A stretch of 61,983 nucleotides of DNA, filler included. It is 5 parts of 5 records of this genome, joined end to end, with 100 filler letters (N's around TTAATTAATTAA, not from the genome) between each part and the next. Parts side by side here need not be neighbours in the genome. Positions count along the whole stretch, not along the records: positions 43,674 to 52,558 come from SRR31156797_12873; positions 52,659 to 61,983 come from SRR31156797_12889; 3 more parts are not named here. One strand, given 5' to 3'. Position 1 is the first letter of the stretch, and every line of letters begins with the position of its first letter. The notes under the pieces were generated by a model. The model saw only the letters and a list, made by a program, of their open reading frames with translations. It did no database searches and had not been told where the DNA came from. Below are positions 52,135 to 61,983 of the stretch, one piece after another. The translations under genes were made by a program, and so were the position numbers.

Positions 52135-52558
52135 TTAGATTCCCATTACATTGGTGATGACCGTGATGACGGCGGTGGCGACAATGATGGCGACAATGCC
52201 GGTTACCACGGCCGAGGTGGCCGCATCTCCAACGGCGGAGGCGCTTCTGCCGCACTGCATGCCGCGCAGGCATCCGGCAATCGCCACCAGTATGCCGAAG
52301 ACCGCACTCTGAACCAGACCGATCCAGAGATCACTCAACGTAACGGAGGCTTTGGTCTGGTTGTAATACTCAACCATGTTCAGATCCAGCATGCTGACCC
52401 CAACGATAAACCCGCCCAGAATGCCCATCAGATCCGCATAAAGACACAACAGGGGCATCATGAGGGTCAGGCCCAAAATGCGCGGCAATACCAGGAATTC
52501 CATGGGGGAGATGCCCATGGTTTTAAACGCATCGATCTCTTCATTGACCTGCATGGTG
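52135..52558 (-). CDS. mlaE: MlaE-like ABC permease (5' truncated)
   Basis: MQVNEEIDA..TMG..P..FLVLPR and VG.A.TSAVV motifs. Confidence 0.88.
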
Positions 52559-52658
52559 NNNNNNNNNNNNNNNNNNNNNNNNNNNNNNNNNNNNNNNNNN
52601 NNTTAATTAATTAANNNNNNNNNNNNNNNNNNNNNNNNNNNNNNNNNNNNNNNNNNNN
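52559..52658. other. Artificial contig spacer
   Basis: N-run + TTAATTAATTAA + N-run. Confidence 0.97.
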
Positions 52659-53239
52659 CCAATTTCATCTTTTGTTCTTGCACCAATTACACCATCTCTT
52701 CCACTTACTCTTACTTTATCTAGATCAAGATCTCTTGCTTTTGCAGCATGCTCAGCTAAAGTTAGAGCAGTTCCACTTGGAGAGTCTACTTTGTATCTAT
52801 GATGTTGTTCAACAATCTCACAATCAAAATCTGCAAGTGTTTTTGAAGCAAGAGCTACAAGTTTATTTAAAACTGCAACTCCTAGACTCATATTAGTAGC
52901 ATACAAAATAGGAGTTATTTTACTTGCTTCTAAAAGTAGGTTTTTTTGATGTTCATTAAAACCAGTTGTTGCGATAACTAATGGTTTTTTTATTTCAGAT
53001 TTAATAACAGTTTCAAGAAGCTCTTGTGTTGCAGATGGAGCTGAGAAGTCAATAATTACTTCAGAGTTATCTAAAAGTGTTTGCATATCATTTGTTACTA
53101 CCGTACCATCAGGTACAGTTTTTTTAAGATCATCAAATACATGTACACTACTTAGTGTTGCTTGTTCATCATTTTCAAGATCATCTATTAAAAGTGATCC
53201 AACTCTTCCTGTACTTCCTACAATACCAACTTTAACCAT
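52659..53239 (-). CDS. dapB: 4-hydroxy-tetrahydrodipicolinate reductase (3' truncated)
   Basis: GSTGRVG, IDFS, ATTG, NMSLGV and EQHHRYKVDSPSGTAL motifs. Confidence 0.95.
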
Positions 53240-53260
53240 TATTATTCTTTTCCTTACTAC

Positions 53261-54190
53261 CTATTGTAAATATGCAATTGCACCAATTCCAGCAACTGCA
53301 CCATCTCCTGCTGCACATACAACTTGTTTTGGAGCATCTATTCTTATATCACCTGCAGCAAATAACCCAGGCACTGAAGTTTCCATTTTAAGATTTACTT
53401 TCACTTCTCCTGATTCACTCATGTCACATAAAAAGTTTCCATCATCTTGTTGTAGACATTGATTTAATACATCTCTTCCTACAAATATAAAACATCCAAG
53501 TACGTCTAATGTTCTACTCTCACCTGAATCTTTGTCTTTTACAACTACTCCAGTAACTCCCATTTTATCACCTACGATCTCTTCAGTTGTATGGTTCATC
53601 ACCTGAATAATATTTCCAAACTTATTCATTTTTTCCACTTCATGCGGGCTCGCTCTAAACTCATTTCTTCTATGAATAATATATACTGTTTTGCAGATAT
53701 TTGCTAAAAAGATCGCTTCTTCAACTGCAGTGTCTCCACCACCAAGTACAGCTACATCTTTTCCTTTGTAGAAAAACCCATCACAAGTAGCACAAGTACT
53801 TACACCTTTTCCAAAGAATTCAGCTTCCCCTTTGATCCCAGCAGCTCTTGGTACACTCCCTGTTGCTACTAGGACTGACTTTGCTTCTACGTTATCACCA
53901 TTTCCAAGAGTGATTTGGAAAGTTTCACCATTTTTTGTTACTTTTGTAACTTCATTCATATCGTGTTTTAGTCCAAATTTTTGACATTGTTCTGGCCACT
54001 TATCCATAAGCTCCATCCCTGTTACAACTTCTAATTGTCCAGGATAGTTTTCTATCTCACTACTTTGTGTGATCTGACCACCTGGGAGTCCTTTTTCAAA
54101 CATTGTAACATTTTTTAAACCACCTCGTGTAGCATAAAGACCTGCAGTAAGTCCTGCTGGACCACCACCAATAATTGCAAAATCTAACAT
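53261..54190 (-). CDS. trxB: Thioredoxin reductase
   Basis: GGGPAG, IENYPG, CATCDG, GGGDTA and GLFAAGD motifs. Confidence 0.96.
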   Translation of the reverse strand: MLDFAIIGGGPAGLTAGLYATRGGLKNVTMFEKGLPGGQITQSSEIENYPGQLEVVTGMELMDKWPEQCQKFGLKHDMNEVTKVTKNGETFQITLGNGDNVEAKSVLVATGSVPRAAGIKGEAEFFGKGVSTCATCDGFFYKGKDVAVLGGGDTAVEEAIFLANICKTVYIIHRRNEFRASPHEVEKMNKFGNIIQVMNHTTEEIVGDKMGVTGVVVKDKDSGESRTLDVLGCFIFVGRDVLNQCLQQDDGNFLCDMSESGEVKVNLKMETSVPGLFAAGDIRIDAPKQVVCAAGDGAVAGIGAIAYLQ

Positions 54191-54278
54191 TAAAACACCT
54201 CGATATTTATTTAAAAGTTATGAGATTGTACTCTAATTTTCTTATAGAAAAGTTTAAATTTTTATATTGCTTCGTTAT

Positions 54279-55241
54279 CTAACTTTCAGCTAGTATTTTT
54301 ATTGTATCACCAATAACTTCCACATATAACTCTTTTTTCCCATCAAATCTATGACTTTTTGTTTGGTAAAGTTCATCCATGATCACTTTGTAGATCGTTT
54401 TTTTCATATCATTTGGATATGGGATAACGTTGATATTGGAAAATTTAATAGTTTTACTCTCATCTCTTTGAAAAAGTTTTGTTTTAAATCTTTTAAATTG
54501 TTTGAAGTTTTGACCATTTGATTTTTTAAAATCTTTACTGTAAAAAGAGAGATAGGTTTTGATATCACTATATTTCCAAGAGTCTCTCCATAAAAACACA
54601 TTAGATAAAATAGTACTGATATGTTCTTTTATTGCAGGTTCAAAACTCTCTTCGCTAATTACAAGTACAGAGTTTTGAATATTGATAGAGTTATCGAGTT
54701 TTTTTATCTCATTATTATCTAAGGCGATACATCCTTGGGTAAAATCATCACGATCTTCTTTTTCAGGAAGTCCATGGATCCAGATACCATGACCTGTTTT
54801 CCCATTGGTTTTATCAAAAATATTAGGATAGTTTGTTGTAAGTGCTAAAGGACCATAAAAAGGATCAAGTTTCGTAAGACGTTTTGTAAGTTTATATGCT
54901 CCAATTGGAGTTTTCATATCTCCCTCTTTCTTTTTATCTCCTAACTCTTTTCCAATAAAAACACTAGAATTAAAAAGTTTTTTATTTTGTTTTGTATCAT
55001 AAAGAGTGATATCTTTCATGTTTTTTTGACATAACATTACATATTCAATTGATTCATAATATCCATAGGAGAGATTTTTATGCGCTAAACTCTCTTCCCA
55101 ATACTCTTTTTTTGTAAGTTGCTTTTGGATCAGTTGTTCTACTGCCCCTAAACCATCTTTTCTATAAATATCAACAAGATCCAAAGAGAATCCAAACACA
55201 AACTGCATACTCACTAAGCTTATTAAAAGAACCTTAATCAT
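54279..55241 (-). CDS. YkuD-family L,D-carboxypeptidase with NTF2-like C-terminus (Csd6/Pgp2-like)
   Basis: EGDMKTPIG.Y and GIWIHG...TQGCIA motifs; W..SW...Y.SFYS. Confidence 0.85.
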   Translation of the reverse strand: MIKVLLISLVSMQFVFGFSLDLVDIYRKDGLGAVEQLIQKQLTKKEYWEESLAHKNLSYGYYESIEYVMLCQKNMKDITLYDTKQNKKLFNSSVFIGKELGDKKKEGDMKTPIGAYKLTKRLTKLDPFYGPLALTTNYPNIFDKTNGKTGHGIWIHGLPEKEDRDDFTQGCIALDNNEIKKLDNSINIQNSVLVISEESFEPAIKEHISTILSNVFLWRDSWKYSDIKTYLSFYSKDFKKSNGQNFKQFKRFKTKLFQRDESKTIKFSNINVIPYPNDMKKTIYKVIMDELYQTKSHRFDGKKELYVEVIGDTIKILAES

Positions 55242-55299
55242 TAATCATCCCGTTTTTCCATTTTTTAAGATACGCTATTGTATAATAAAAGCCTTAAAT

Positions 55300-56484
55300 T
55301 TGTTACAAAAGAGTGTGGTGTTGAAGTTTCTGATTTCTTTATTTTTTAGTATAAGTTTTTTATTTGGTTCATATGTAAACGAAGATGTTTGGTGGAAAGG
55401 GGAGACTCTTCTGACTTTTTTTGAGAAGCATAAGATTCCTCAAGAGCTTTATTTTGATCTATCATCAACGGATAAAGAGTTGTGTAGTGAGATATATGCA
55501 GGTGTTGAGTATCAGATCATGTATGATATAGAAGGAAAGTTACAACAAACTCTTATCCCTATTAGTGATCAAATGCAGATACATATTTTTAAAGATTTGA
55601 ATAAAAACTTTGTTTTAGACATCATCCCTATTGAATACCAAGAGATAGAGCAAAATATTCAAGTCAGTATTCAAAACTCTCCTTACCAAGATATTATAAA
55701 AGCTACAGAAAACAATGCTTTGGCCAATGAGTTTTTATTGGCATTTAAAAACTCTGTTGATTTTAGACGCTTACGAAAAAACGATCTAGTAAATATTAAA
55801 TTTAAGCAAAAGATTCGATCAGGAAAATATTTTGGAGTTCCTGAGATCTTAGCAGCTTCCGTGAAGATGCGACGAAAAACCTATTATATTTTTCAAAACC
55901 CTGAGGATAAAAGGTATTATGATGAAAAAGGGAAGAGTCTTACAAGCTTTTTATTAAAAACTCCACTTACATATAAAAGAATATCGAGTAAATTTACCTA
56001 TAAAAGATGGCATCCTATTTTAAAAAGGTATAGAGCCCATTTGGGGGTTGATTTTGCAGCTCCTACGGGGAGAAAAGTATTTGCAGCAGCCGATGGAAGA
56101 ATAATCCACAAAGGGAGAAAAGGTGGATATGGAAAGACAGTGATGATCCGTCATAAAAATGGATTAAAAACACTGTATGCACACTTAAGTGCTTATAATA
56201 GCAGGATCAAAGTAGGCTCTTGGGTAAAACAAGGAAACTATATAGGGAAAGTAGGAAGTACAGGAAGAAGTACTGGTCCACATCTCCATTTTGGATTGTA
56301 TAAAAATGGAAGAGCTGTGGATCCTTTAAAGATCATCAGTGTTACTAAGACTCAACTTGTGGGGGTAAAAAAGAAACAATTTATGCAAATTGTAAACAAT
56401 CTTAAAAATGAACTTGACAATAGTGAAAAATATGCTAATATTCCACTAAAACTTCAACAATTTGAATTATCATATAAAATTTAA
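55300..56484 (+). CDS. M23 peptidoglycan endopeptidase (Csd3/HdpA-like)
   Basis: HLGVDFAA, YAHL and GSTGRSTGPHLHF motifs; start may be GTG/TTG a few codons later. Confidence 0.88.
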   Translation: MLQKSVVLKFLISLFFSISFLFGSYVNEDVWWKGETLLTFFEKHKIPQELYFDLSSTDKELCSEIYAGVEYQIMYDIEGKLQQTLIPISDQMQIHIFKDLNKNFVLDIIPIEYQEIEQNIQVSIQNSPYQDIIKATENNALANEFLLAFKNSVDFRRLRKNDLVNIKFKQKIRSGKYFGVPEILAASVKMRRKTYYIFQNPEDKRYYDEKGKSLTSFLLKTPLTYKRISSKFTYKRWHPILKRYRAHLGVDFAAPTGRKVFAAADGRIIHKGRKGGYGKTVMIRHKNGLKTLYAHLSAYNSRIKVGSWVKQGNYIGKVGSTGRSTGPHLHFGLYKNGRAVDPLKIISVTKTQLVGVKKKQFMQIVNNLKNELDNSEKYANIPLKLQQFELSYKI

Positions 56485-56503
56485 TTGTAATATTGGATAG
56501 ATC

Positions 56504-57850
56504 ATGGGGCAAGAAAAAAAGCCGACAATAGAAGAGATATTAGCAGATATTGAAAACTTTCATCCAGCCGATATCGCATCGCGATTAAAAAAACTTCAAA
56601 AAAAAGATAAAGAAAAATTTTATAATACACTTCACCAGATCCCAGAGGATTATCTAGGAGAGGTACTTTTAGAACTTCCAGATTCTTTAAGAGAAAAAGC
56701 CTATAAAGAGCTTTCAAGTGAGCAGATAACTACAGCATTAGAAGAGCTAGAAACAGATGATGCGACAGATATTATTCAAGATCTTGAAGAGTTAGATGAA
56801 GCAAAGGCTCACAATATTTTAACTTCTCTTGATCAAGAGGATCAAGATGATATCAATTGGTTGAAAAAATATGATGAAGAGCATGCTGGTGCATATATGC
56901 AGATCGAGCTTTTTAGCGCAAATCAAAATGAAACGATCCAAAGCTCAATAGATAGATTACGACAACTTAAAAGTGATGATGAAGTTGAAAATATCCATCA
57001 AGTATTTATAGTAGATGATGATAAAACTCTCCTTGCTTCGATCTCATTAGAAGATTTAATTACCTTGGATTTTACCCGTACCTATGCTGATATTTTAGAC
57101 TCTGATAAAGAGAAAACCTTTAAGCCTTTTTATGTTTTAGGGGACGATGATATTGATGAGGTTGTAAAGATGTTTGAAGATTATAACCTCTCTGTTGTAG
57201 CAGTGATTGGATATAAAAATAGACTTCTTGGACGGATCACTTCAGATGATATTATGGATGTTATGGAACAAAGTGCAACGGAGCAGATGTATCAATTAGC
57301 TGGGGTTGATGAAGACTCAGAACAAGAAGAGGAACTAATCCAAACAGGAAAAAAAAGGGCTTCTTGGCTTTTTATCAATCTACTTACTGCAATTTTAGCT
57401 TCTTTAGTGATAGGCCTTTTTGATGATACCCTAAAAGAGTACATTGCTTTAGCTATTTTAATGCCAATAGTGGCCTCTATGGGTGGAAATGCAGGGACTC
57501 AAACTTTAGCTGTTATGGTAAGACAGTTAGCTCTTGGTGAGATTGATGAGCAAAATAGCCGTGATGCTATTAAAAAAGAGATAGCACTTTCACTTTTTAA
57601 TGGAGCAATCTTTGCCTTGCTCTTAGGAATTATTGCTTTTATTTGGTTTCAAAATCCACTCTTAGGTTTTGTGATCGCTTTATCTATGGTGATCACTCTA
57701 TTTTGTGCAGGCTTTTTTGGAGCGATGATCCCTTTAGTTTTAAAAAAAATGGATATAGATCCAGCAATTGGAAGTACAGTGGTTCTTACAACAGTCACTG
57801 ATATTATGGGATTTTTTAGCTTTTTGGCTTTAGCAAAAGGGATATTATAA
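56504..57850 (+). CDS. mgtE: Magnesium transporter MgtE
   Basis: HPADIA, CBS pair, PIVASMGGNAGTQ and DPA...TTVTD motifs. Confidence 0.95.
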   Translation: MGQEKKPTIEEILADIENFHPADIASRLKKLQKKDKEKFYNTLHQIPEDYLGEVLLELPDSLREKAYKELSSEQITTALEELETDDATDIIQDLEELDEAKAHNILTSLDQEDQDDINWLKKYDEEHAGAYMQIELFSANQNETIQSSIDRLRQLKSDDEVENIHQVFIVDDDKTLLASISLEDLITLDFTRTYADILDSDKEKTFKPFYVLGDDDIDEVVKMFEDYNLSVVAVIGYKNRLLGRITSDDIMDVMEQSATEQMYQLAGVDEDSEQEEELIQTGKKRASWLFINLLTAILASLVIGLFDDTLKEYIALAILMPIVASMGGNAGTQTLAVMVRQLALGEIDEQNSRDAIKKEIALSLFNGAIFALLLGIIAFIWFQNPLLGFVIALSMVITLFCAGFFGAMIPLVLKKMDIDPAIGSTVVLTTVTDIMGFFSFLALAKGIL

Positions 57851-58179
57851 TGGATCAAAAATTTACCTTAGAAACAGTACAACAGGTGATCAATGAAAAT
57901 GATGGAGTAATGCTTTATTTTAGTGGGGAAAATTGTGGGGTTTGTCATGCTTTAAGACCTAAAGTTGAAGAGCTTTTTACAAAGGAGTTTTCAAAACTCA
58001 AACAGCTCTATATCTCAGCAGATCAGTATCAAGAGATCGTAGCATCATTTAATGTTTTTACTATTCCAACAGTGATCGTTTTTTTTGATCAAAAAGAGTT
58101 TATTAGACAAAGCAGACATGTCTCTATGGGAGATCTTCAAAGTAAAATAGAAAGACCTTATGATCTTTATTTTAATTGA
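57850..58179 (+). CDS. Thioredoxin-family protein
   Basis: CGVC motif, VFTIPT. Confidence 0.85.
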   Translation: MDQKFTLETVQQVINENDGVMLYFSGENCGVCHALRPKVEELFTKEFSKLKQLYISADQYQEIVASFNVFTIPTVIVFFDQKEFIRQSRHVSMGDLQSKIERPYDLYFN

Positions 58180-58191
58180 TTAGGAAAAGAG

Positions 58192-58617
58192 ATGTTAAAA
58201 AGAATATTATACATTACCATTGCAGTATTTATAGGGTTACAATTTATCCCCTCAGATATAGAAGTATCACAAACCGATCCAAACTTAGAGATCAAAGCAC
58301 CTGAACCTATAATGGCAGTATTTAAAAGATCATGTTATGATTGTCACTCAAATGGAGTGAATATCCCTTGGTATGGGAATGTTGCTCCAGTGTCACTTAT
58401 GATAAAAAGACATGTGGATCTAGGACGAGCATGGCTGAATTTTTCTACTTGGGAAAACTATACTCCAAAACAAAAAGATGATAAACTTAAAGGGATATTT
58501 CGAACAGTATATGCTGCTATGCCTCCATCGAGTTATATAAGTATGCATAAAGAGACAAAGCTAAGCAAACAAGAGATACAAATGATACGAGATTGGACAG
58601 GGAAAGCTCCCTACTAA
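58192..58617 (+). CDS. Stand-alone haem-binding (Haem_bd) cytochrome c
   Basis: SCYDCHSN...PWY..VAP.S, LNFS.W and MPP..Y motifs. Confidence 0.85.
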   Translation: MLKRILYITIAVFIGLQFIPSDIEVSQTDPNLEIKAPEPIMAVFKRSCYDCHSNGVNIPWYGNVAPVSLMIKRHVDLGRAWLNFSTWENYTPKQKDDKLKGIFRTVYAAMPPSSYISMHKETKLSKQEIQMIRDWTGKAPY

Positions 58618-58628
58618 AAAGGAATGAA

Positions 58629-59234
58629 ATGGAAAAAATAGATTATTTTAAAAACAAATCAAAGACCTATTCAAAAGATAGTAAAAGAGTAAGAAATGTT
58701 CAAACAATTGCAAAAGGTATTTTAGAAAAAGTTGAATATAAAGAAGATATGCATCTTATGGATTTTGGAAGTGGTACAGGGCTTTTAACTATAGAGATTG
58801 CCCCTTATGTTAAAAAGATCACAGGGATTGATATGTCTCCATCTATGAATGAAACACTTTTAGAAAACAAAGATTTAGTTGATTGTGAGCTAGAAGTGCT
58901 AGAACTTGATCTTTCAAAGAGTGATATCGATCATAAATATGATGGTATCATCTCTTCTATGACGTTGCATCATGTGGAGGATATTAAAGAGCTTTTTAAA
59001 AAGTTTCATAAGATACTAGATAATGAGGGAACAATCGCTTTATCTGATCTGTATACAGAAGATGGGACTTTTCACTCAGAAAATACGGGAGTGCATCATC
59101 TTGGGTTTGATGAAGAGTTTATAATTGAAGCAGCAAAAGAAGCAGGCTTTAGGGAGCTTCAAATTGAGGAAGTAAGTGTAGCGAAAAAGCCTACAGGAGA
59201 GTATCCTATATTTCTTCTTACTGGGAAGAGGTAA
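58629..59234 (+). CDS. Class I SAM-dependent methyltransferase
   Basis: MDFGSGTG, GIDMS and SSMTLHH motifs; ATG 58629 after AAGGA. Confidence 0.9.
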   Translation: MEKIDYFKNKSKTYSKDSKRVRNVQTIAKGILEKVEYKEDMHLMDFGSGTGLLTIEIAPYVKKITGIDMSPSMNETLLENKDLVDCELEVLELDLSKSDIDHKYDGIISSMTLHHVEDIKELFKKFHKILDNEGTIALSDLYTEDGTFHSENTGVHHLGFDEEFIIEAAKEAGFRELQIEEVSVAKKPTGEYPIFLLTGKR

Positions 59235-59787
59235 GTTTTATAAAAGCTTCAACAATAGCTTCTTTTTCTAAGCTTTTAACTTTCTCTTCTAAGCTTTGAG
59301 GTGTTTCATCTTTACTTAAAAAAAGTTCTTTTTGCAAGATAAACTCTCCCTCATCATAGTTCTCATTTACATAGTGAAGTGTTACTCCACTTTTTTTCTC
59401 TTTATTTTGAATCACCGCTTCATGGACAAAACTTCCATACATCCCAACTCCTCCATATTGAGGCAAAAGTGATGGATGGGAATTGATGATAGTGAAATTA
59501 TTGGTAAGAAGTGGGGAGAGTTTTTTCATATACCCACTTAAAAAAACAAATTCACATCCCGATTTTTGTAAAAGCTCATATATTTTTTGATCAGGATTTT
59601 CATCGGTTTTACTGTTGATAATATATGAATCTATCCCATATTGTGTTGCTTTTTGTAAAACTTGTGCATTGCTATTATTTGAGATAACTACAGGAAATTG
59701 TAGATGTAATGATCCTTTTTGGGTCGCTTTATAAAGTGCTTCAAATCCAGACCCATTGTATGAAGCAAGTATTCCAATTGATTGCAT
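59218..59787 (-). CDS. purN: Phosphoribosylglycinamide formyltransferase
   Basis: ASYNGSG, LSGYMK, INSHPSLLP.YGG.GMYG and YDEG motifs. Confidence 0.92.
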   Translation of the reverse strand: MQSIGILASYNGSGFEALYKATQKGSLHLQFPVVISNNSNAQVLQKATQYGIDSYIINSKTDENPDQKIYELLQKSGCEFVFLSGYMKKLSPLLTNNFTIINSHPSLLPQYGGVGMYGSFVHEAVIQNKEKKSGVTLHYVNENYDEGEFILQKELFLSKDETPQSLEEKVKSLEKEAIVEAFIKLTSSQ

Positions 59788-59900
59788 TGACTCTCTTTTT
59801 CTTAAACTAAAAGTGTAACTTTACATTAAATTTATAAAACAAACATTAAGTATACTCAATATATAATAAATCCCCTTGAAATAAATATTAAGGAATATGA

Positions 59901-60854
59901 ATGAATAGAAAAATAATATCTTTTTTACTACTTTTATTAGTAGGGACATCAGTATTTGCGCAAAAAAAAATAGGATACATAGTTTCTGATATAAGAATTC
60001 CTTTTTGGGAGATTATGTCAAAAGGGATAAAAAAATCTGCAAGTGAAAAGGGATATGCTTTAGAGATTTTAAGTGCTAATAATAGTAAAACTTTACAAAT
60101 GGAACTTACAGCTAAAGCTTTAAAAAATAGAGTGGATGGGATCATCATATCTCCTATTAATTCAACGAGTGCTGCAACGATTTTAAGTGTAGCAAAAAGA
60201 TTTAAAACGCCAGTTGTGATATCTGATATCGGGGCAGATAGTGGAGAATATGTCTCTTTTATCTCTTCAAATAATTTTGATGGAGCCTATAAAATAGGGA
60301 AAGTTTTAGCACAAAAAATGAAAAAACTTAAACTTGACAAGGATGGAACTGTTGGGATCATATCAATTCCACAAAAAAGAGCCAATGGAAAAGCAAGAAC
60401 TGCCGGTTTTATGAAAGCTATGGATGAGGCTGGAATCAAAGGTGCTGGACTTTTACAGCAAGTTGATTTCTCATATAAAGAAACATATGATCACTCTATG
60501 AAACTTATTAAAGAAAACCCAAATATGAAAGCGATCTGGCTTCAAGGTTCTGATAAATATAAAGGGGCTTTAGATGCTATTAAAGATAGTGGTAAAACTA
60601 AAGAGATACTTCTTGTCTGTTTTGATGCAGAACCTGAATTCTTGGAGATGATACCAAATGGACAACTAGTAGGAGCTGCTATGCAACAGCCTTATCTTAT
60701 GGGCTATGAAGCAATGGAGCAATTAGATAACTATTTTCAAGGAAAACCTGTGGTTAAAAATAAAGAGTTAGAGATCCTTGCTATTTCTGAAGATAATATA
60801 AAGCAGAAGCTTCCAATCATTAAAAGAAATGTTCTTGGAATCGAAACAGAATAA
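59901..60854 (+). CDS. Periplasmic sugar-binding protein (RbsB-like), no adjacent transporter
   Basis: Signal peptide; IPFW, VDGIIISP, PVVISDIG, ARTAGF and QQPYLMG motifs. Confidence 0.9.
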   Translation: MNRKIISFLLLLLVGTSVFAQKKIGYIVSDIRIPFWEIMSKGIKKSASEKGYALEILSANNSKTLQMELTAKALKNRVDGIIISPINSTSAATILSVAKRFKTPVVISDIGADSGEYVSFISSNNFDGAYKIGKVLAQKMKKLKLDKDGTVGIISIPQKRANGKARTAGFMKAMDEAGIKGAGLLQQVDFSYKETYDHSMKLIKENPNMKAIWLQGSDKYKGALDAIKDSGKTKEILLVCFDAEPEFLEMIPNGQLVGAAMQQPYLMGYEAMEQLDNYFQGKPVVKNKELEILAISEDNIKQKLPIIKRNVLGIETE

Positions 60855-61983
60855 AAAACCTTCATTTTACACACTTTTAGCAGTAGTGCTATTTTGTACT
60901 ACTGCACTTATTATGTCGCTTCAGACATGGTATAACTACAACGACGTTCAAATTCGACTTGAGAGTGAGATACAGAAAAATGCACAAACAAGTTTAAAAC
61001 AGATTGAAAAAACTATCCCCCCATATATACACGCCTTTTCTATGGAAGAGTATCTAAAGATCATAGAAAATGAGATGGAATACCAATCTATTTTTGCCAT
61101 TGTAGTTGAAGATTATAAGATGGGAAATATTTTAGGAAAGAAGTTTTTCATCTCAGGAAAGATACGAGATAAAAAATGGAATATTCAAGAATTTGACCCA
61201 AATAATAAACAGCATATGGAAAGCTTAAAAAAACAGTCTTACCTTATAAGTGATTCCATTTTAGATCAAAATCATAATCCAATAGCAAAAATCTATATTT
61301 ATAGTACAAATAAGTTTATGTCTGAACAGTTAAAAAATGTGATAGTTCGTGAGGTTATCATCTCTTTTGTGATCTATTTTATTTTTTTATTTATTTTATA
61401 TCTTATGATACATTATCTTTTTTTAAAACCTATTACAAGAATGATAGAGTCTTTGGAAAAAACAGATAAAAACTATATCCCAAAAACTGTATATGTGGAT
61501 GATACAACTGCTGAGATACATACTCTTAGTACAACATTGGCCAAAATGATGGAAACTATCAAAGAATCAAGAAAAGCTCAAAGTGATCAAAAAAAAGAGT
61601 TACAGATGATCTTTGACCATTCAAAAGATGGTATATATATTATGGATTTAGAATCTAACTTTTTAAACTTCAATGAATCCTATGTGAAGATAACTGGATA
61701 TACAAGAGAAGAGCTTCTTAAAAAATCATGCTTAGAACTCACCATATCAACCCAAAGAGAAAGAGCTATTCAAGCTATTAAAGAAGTAATAGAGAAAAAA
61801 CAGCTAGTAAATTTTGAAAAAATATGTATTACTAAAAGTGGTAAACAGCTTACTATTAATATGAGCTTAGCTCTTTTACCAGATCGAAAAAGAATTCTCG
61901 TAACGGTCAAAGATATGACCCACATTAAACTTTTAGAATCAAAAGCAAAATTAGCAGCGATGGGAGAGATGATAGGAAATATT
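60829..61983 (+). CDS. Membrane sensor histidine kinase with periplasmic and PAS domains (3' truncated)
   Basis: Manual translation MFLESKQNKKPSFYTLLAVVLF (TM1)...TM2...IFDHSKDGIYI...GYTREELL (PAS)...KLAAMGEMIGNI (just before the H-box); not in the ORF track. Confidence 0.88.
   Translation, partial: MFLESKQNKKPSFYTLLAVVLFCTTALIMSLQTWYNYNDVQIRLESEIQKNAQTSLKQIEKTIPPYIHAFSMEEYLKIIENEMEYQSIFAIVVEDYKMGNILGKKFFISGKIRDKKWNIQEFDPNNKQHMESLKKQSYLISDSILDQNHNPIAKIYIYSTNKFMSEQLKNVIVREVIISFVIYFIFLFILYLMIHYLFLKPITRMIESLEKTDKNYIPKTVYVDDTTAEIHTLSTTLAKMMETIKESRKAQSDQKKELQMIFDHSKDGIYIMDLESNFLNFNESYVKITGYTREELLKKSCLELTISTQRERAIQAIKEVIEKKQLVNFEKICITKSGKQLTINMSLALLPDRKRILVTVKDMTHIKLLESKAKLAAMGEMIGNI

Overview
This window is not one locus. 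It is five unrelated contigs joined by 100-nt spacers (N-run + TTAATTAATTAA + N-run). (1) 1-24275 is AT-rich Bacteroidota, Marinilabiliales-like by inference: uvrA, lytic transglycosylases, pdxA, pepA, a DUF3857/transglutaminase pair, a structured 1.07-kb intergenic region, and the tail of a nif cluster (nifN-nifB-[2Fe-2S] fdx-nifV-HEPN-like). (2) 24376-35399 is Spirochaetaceae-like: a LacI-controlled sugar ABC operon with a Gfo/Idh/MocA dehydrogenase, a DhuI-like isomerase, an IolD-like TPP enzyme and a split transketolase. (3) 35500-43573 is Arcobacter-like, with an Rrf2 regulator divergent from norCB-norD. (4) 43674-52558 is Desulfobacterota-like: TAXI-TRAP genes, a multiply deleted type I R-M remnant bounded by two palindromic repeats, and an Mla/Pqi operon. 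(5) 52659-61983 is Campylobacterota: dapB, trxB, cell-shape peptidases, mgtE, purN, and an orphan sugar-binding protein coupled to a PAS histidine kinase. The best leads are an unannotated sigma54-driven ~150-nt transcription unit beside the nif cluster (with its own enhancer-like palindrome, terminator and a downstream ~41-bp dual-palindrome array), the unassigned spirochaete catabolic pathway, the Rrf2/nor operator pair and the SBP-kinase sensor. Taxonomic and family calls come from recognising motifs by eye; no searches were run.
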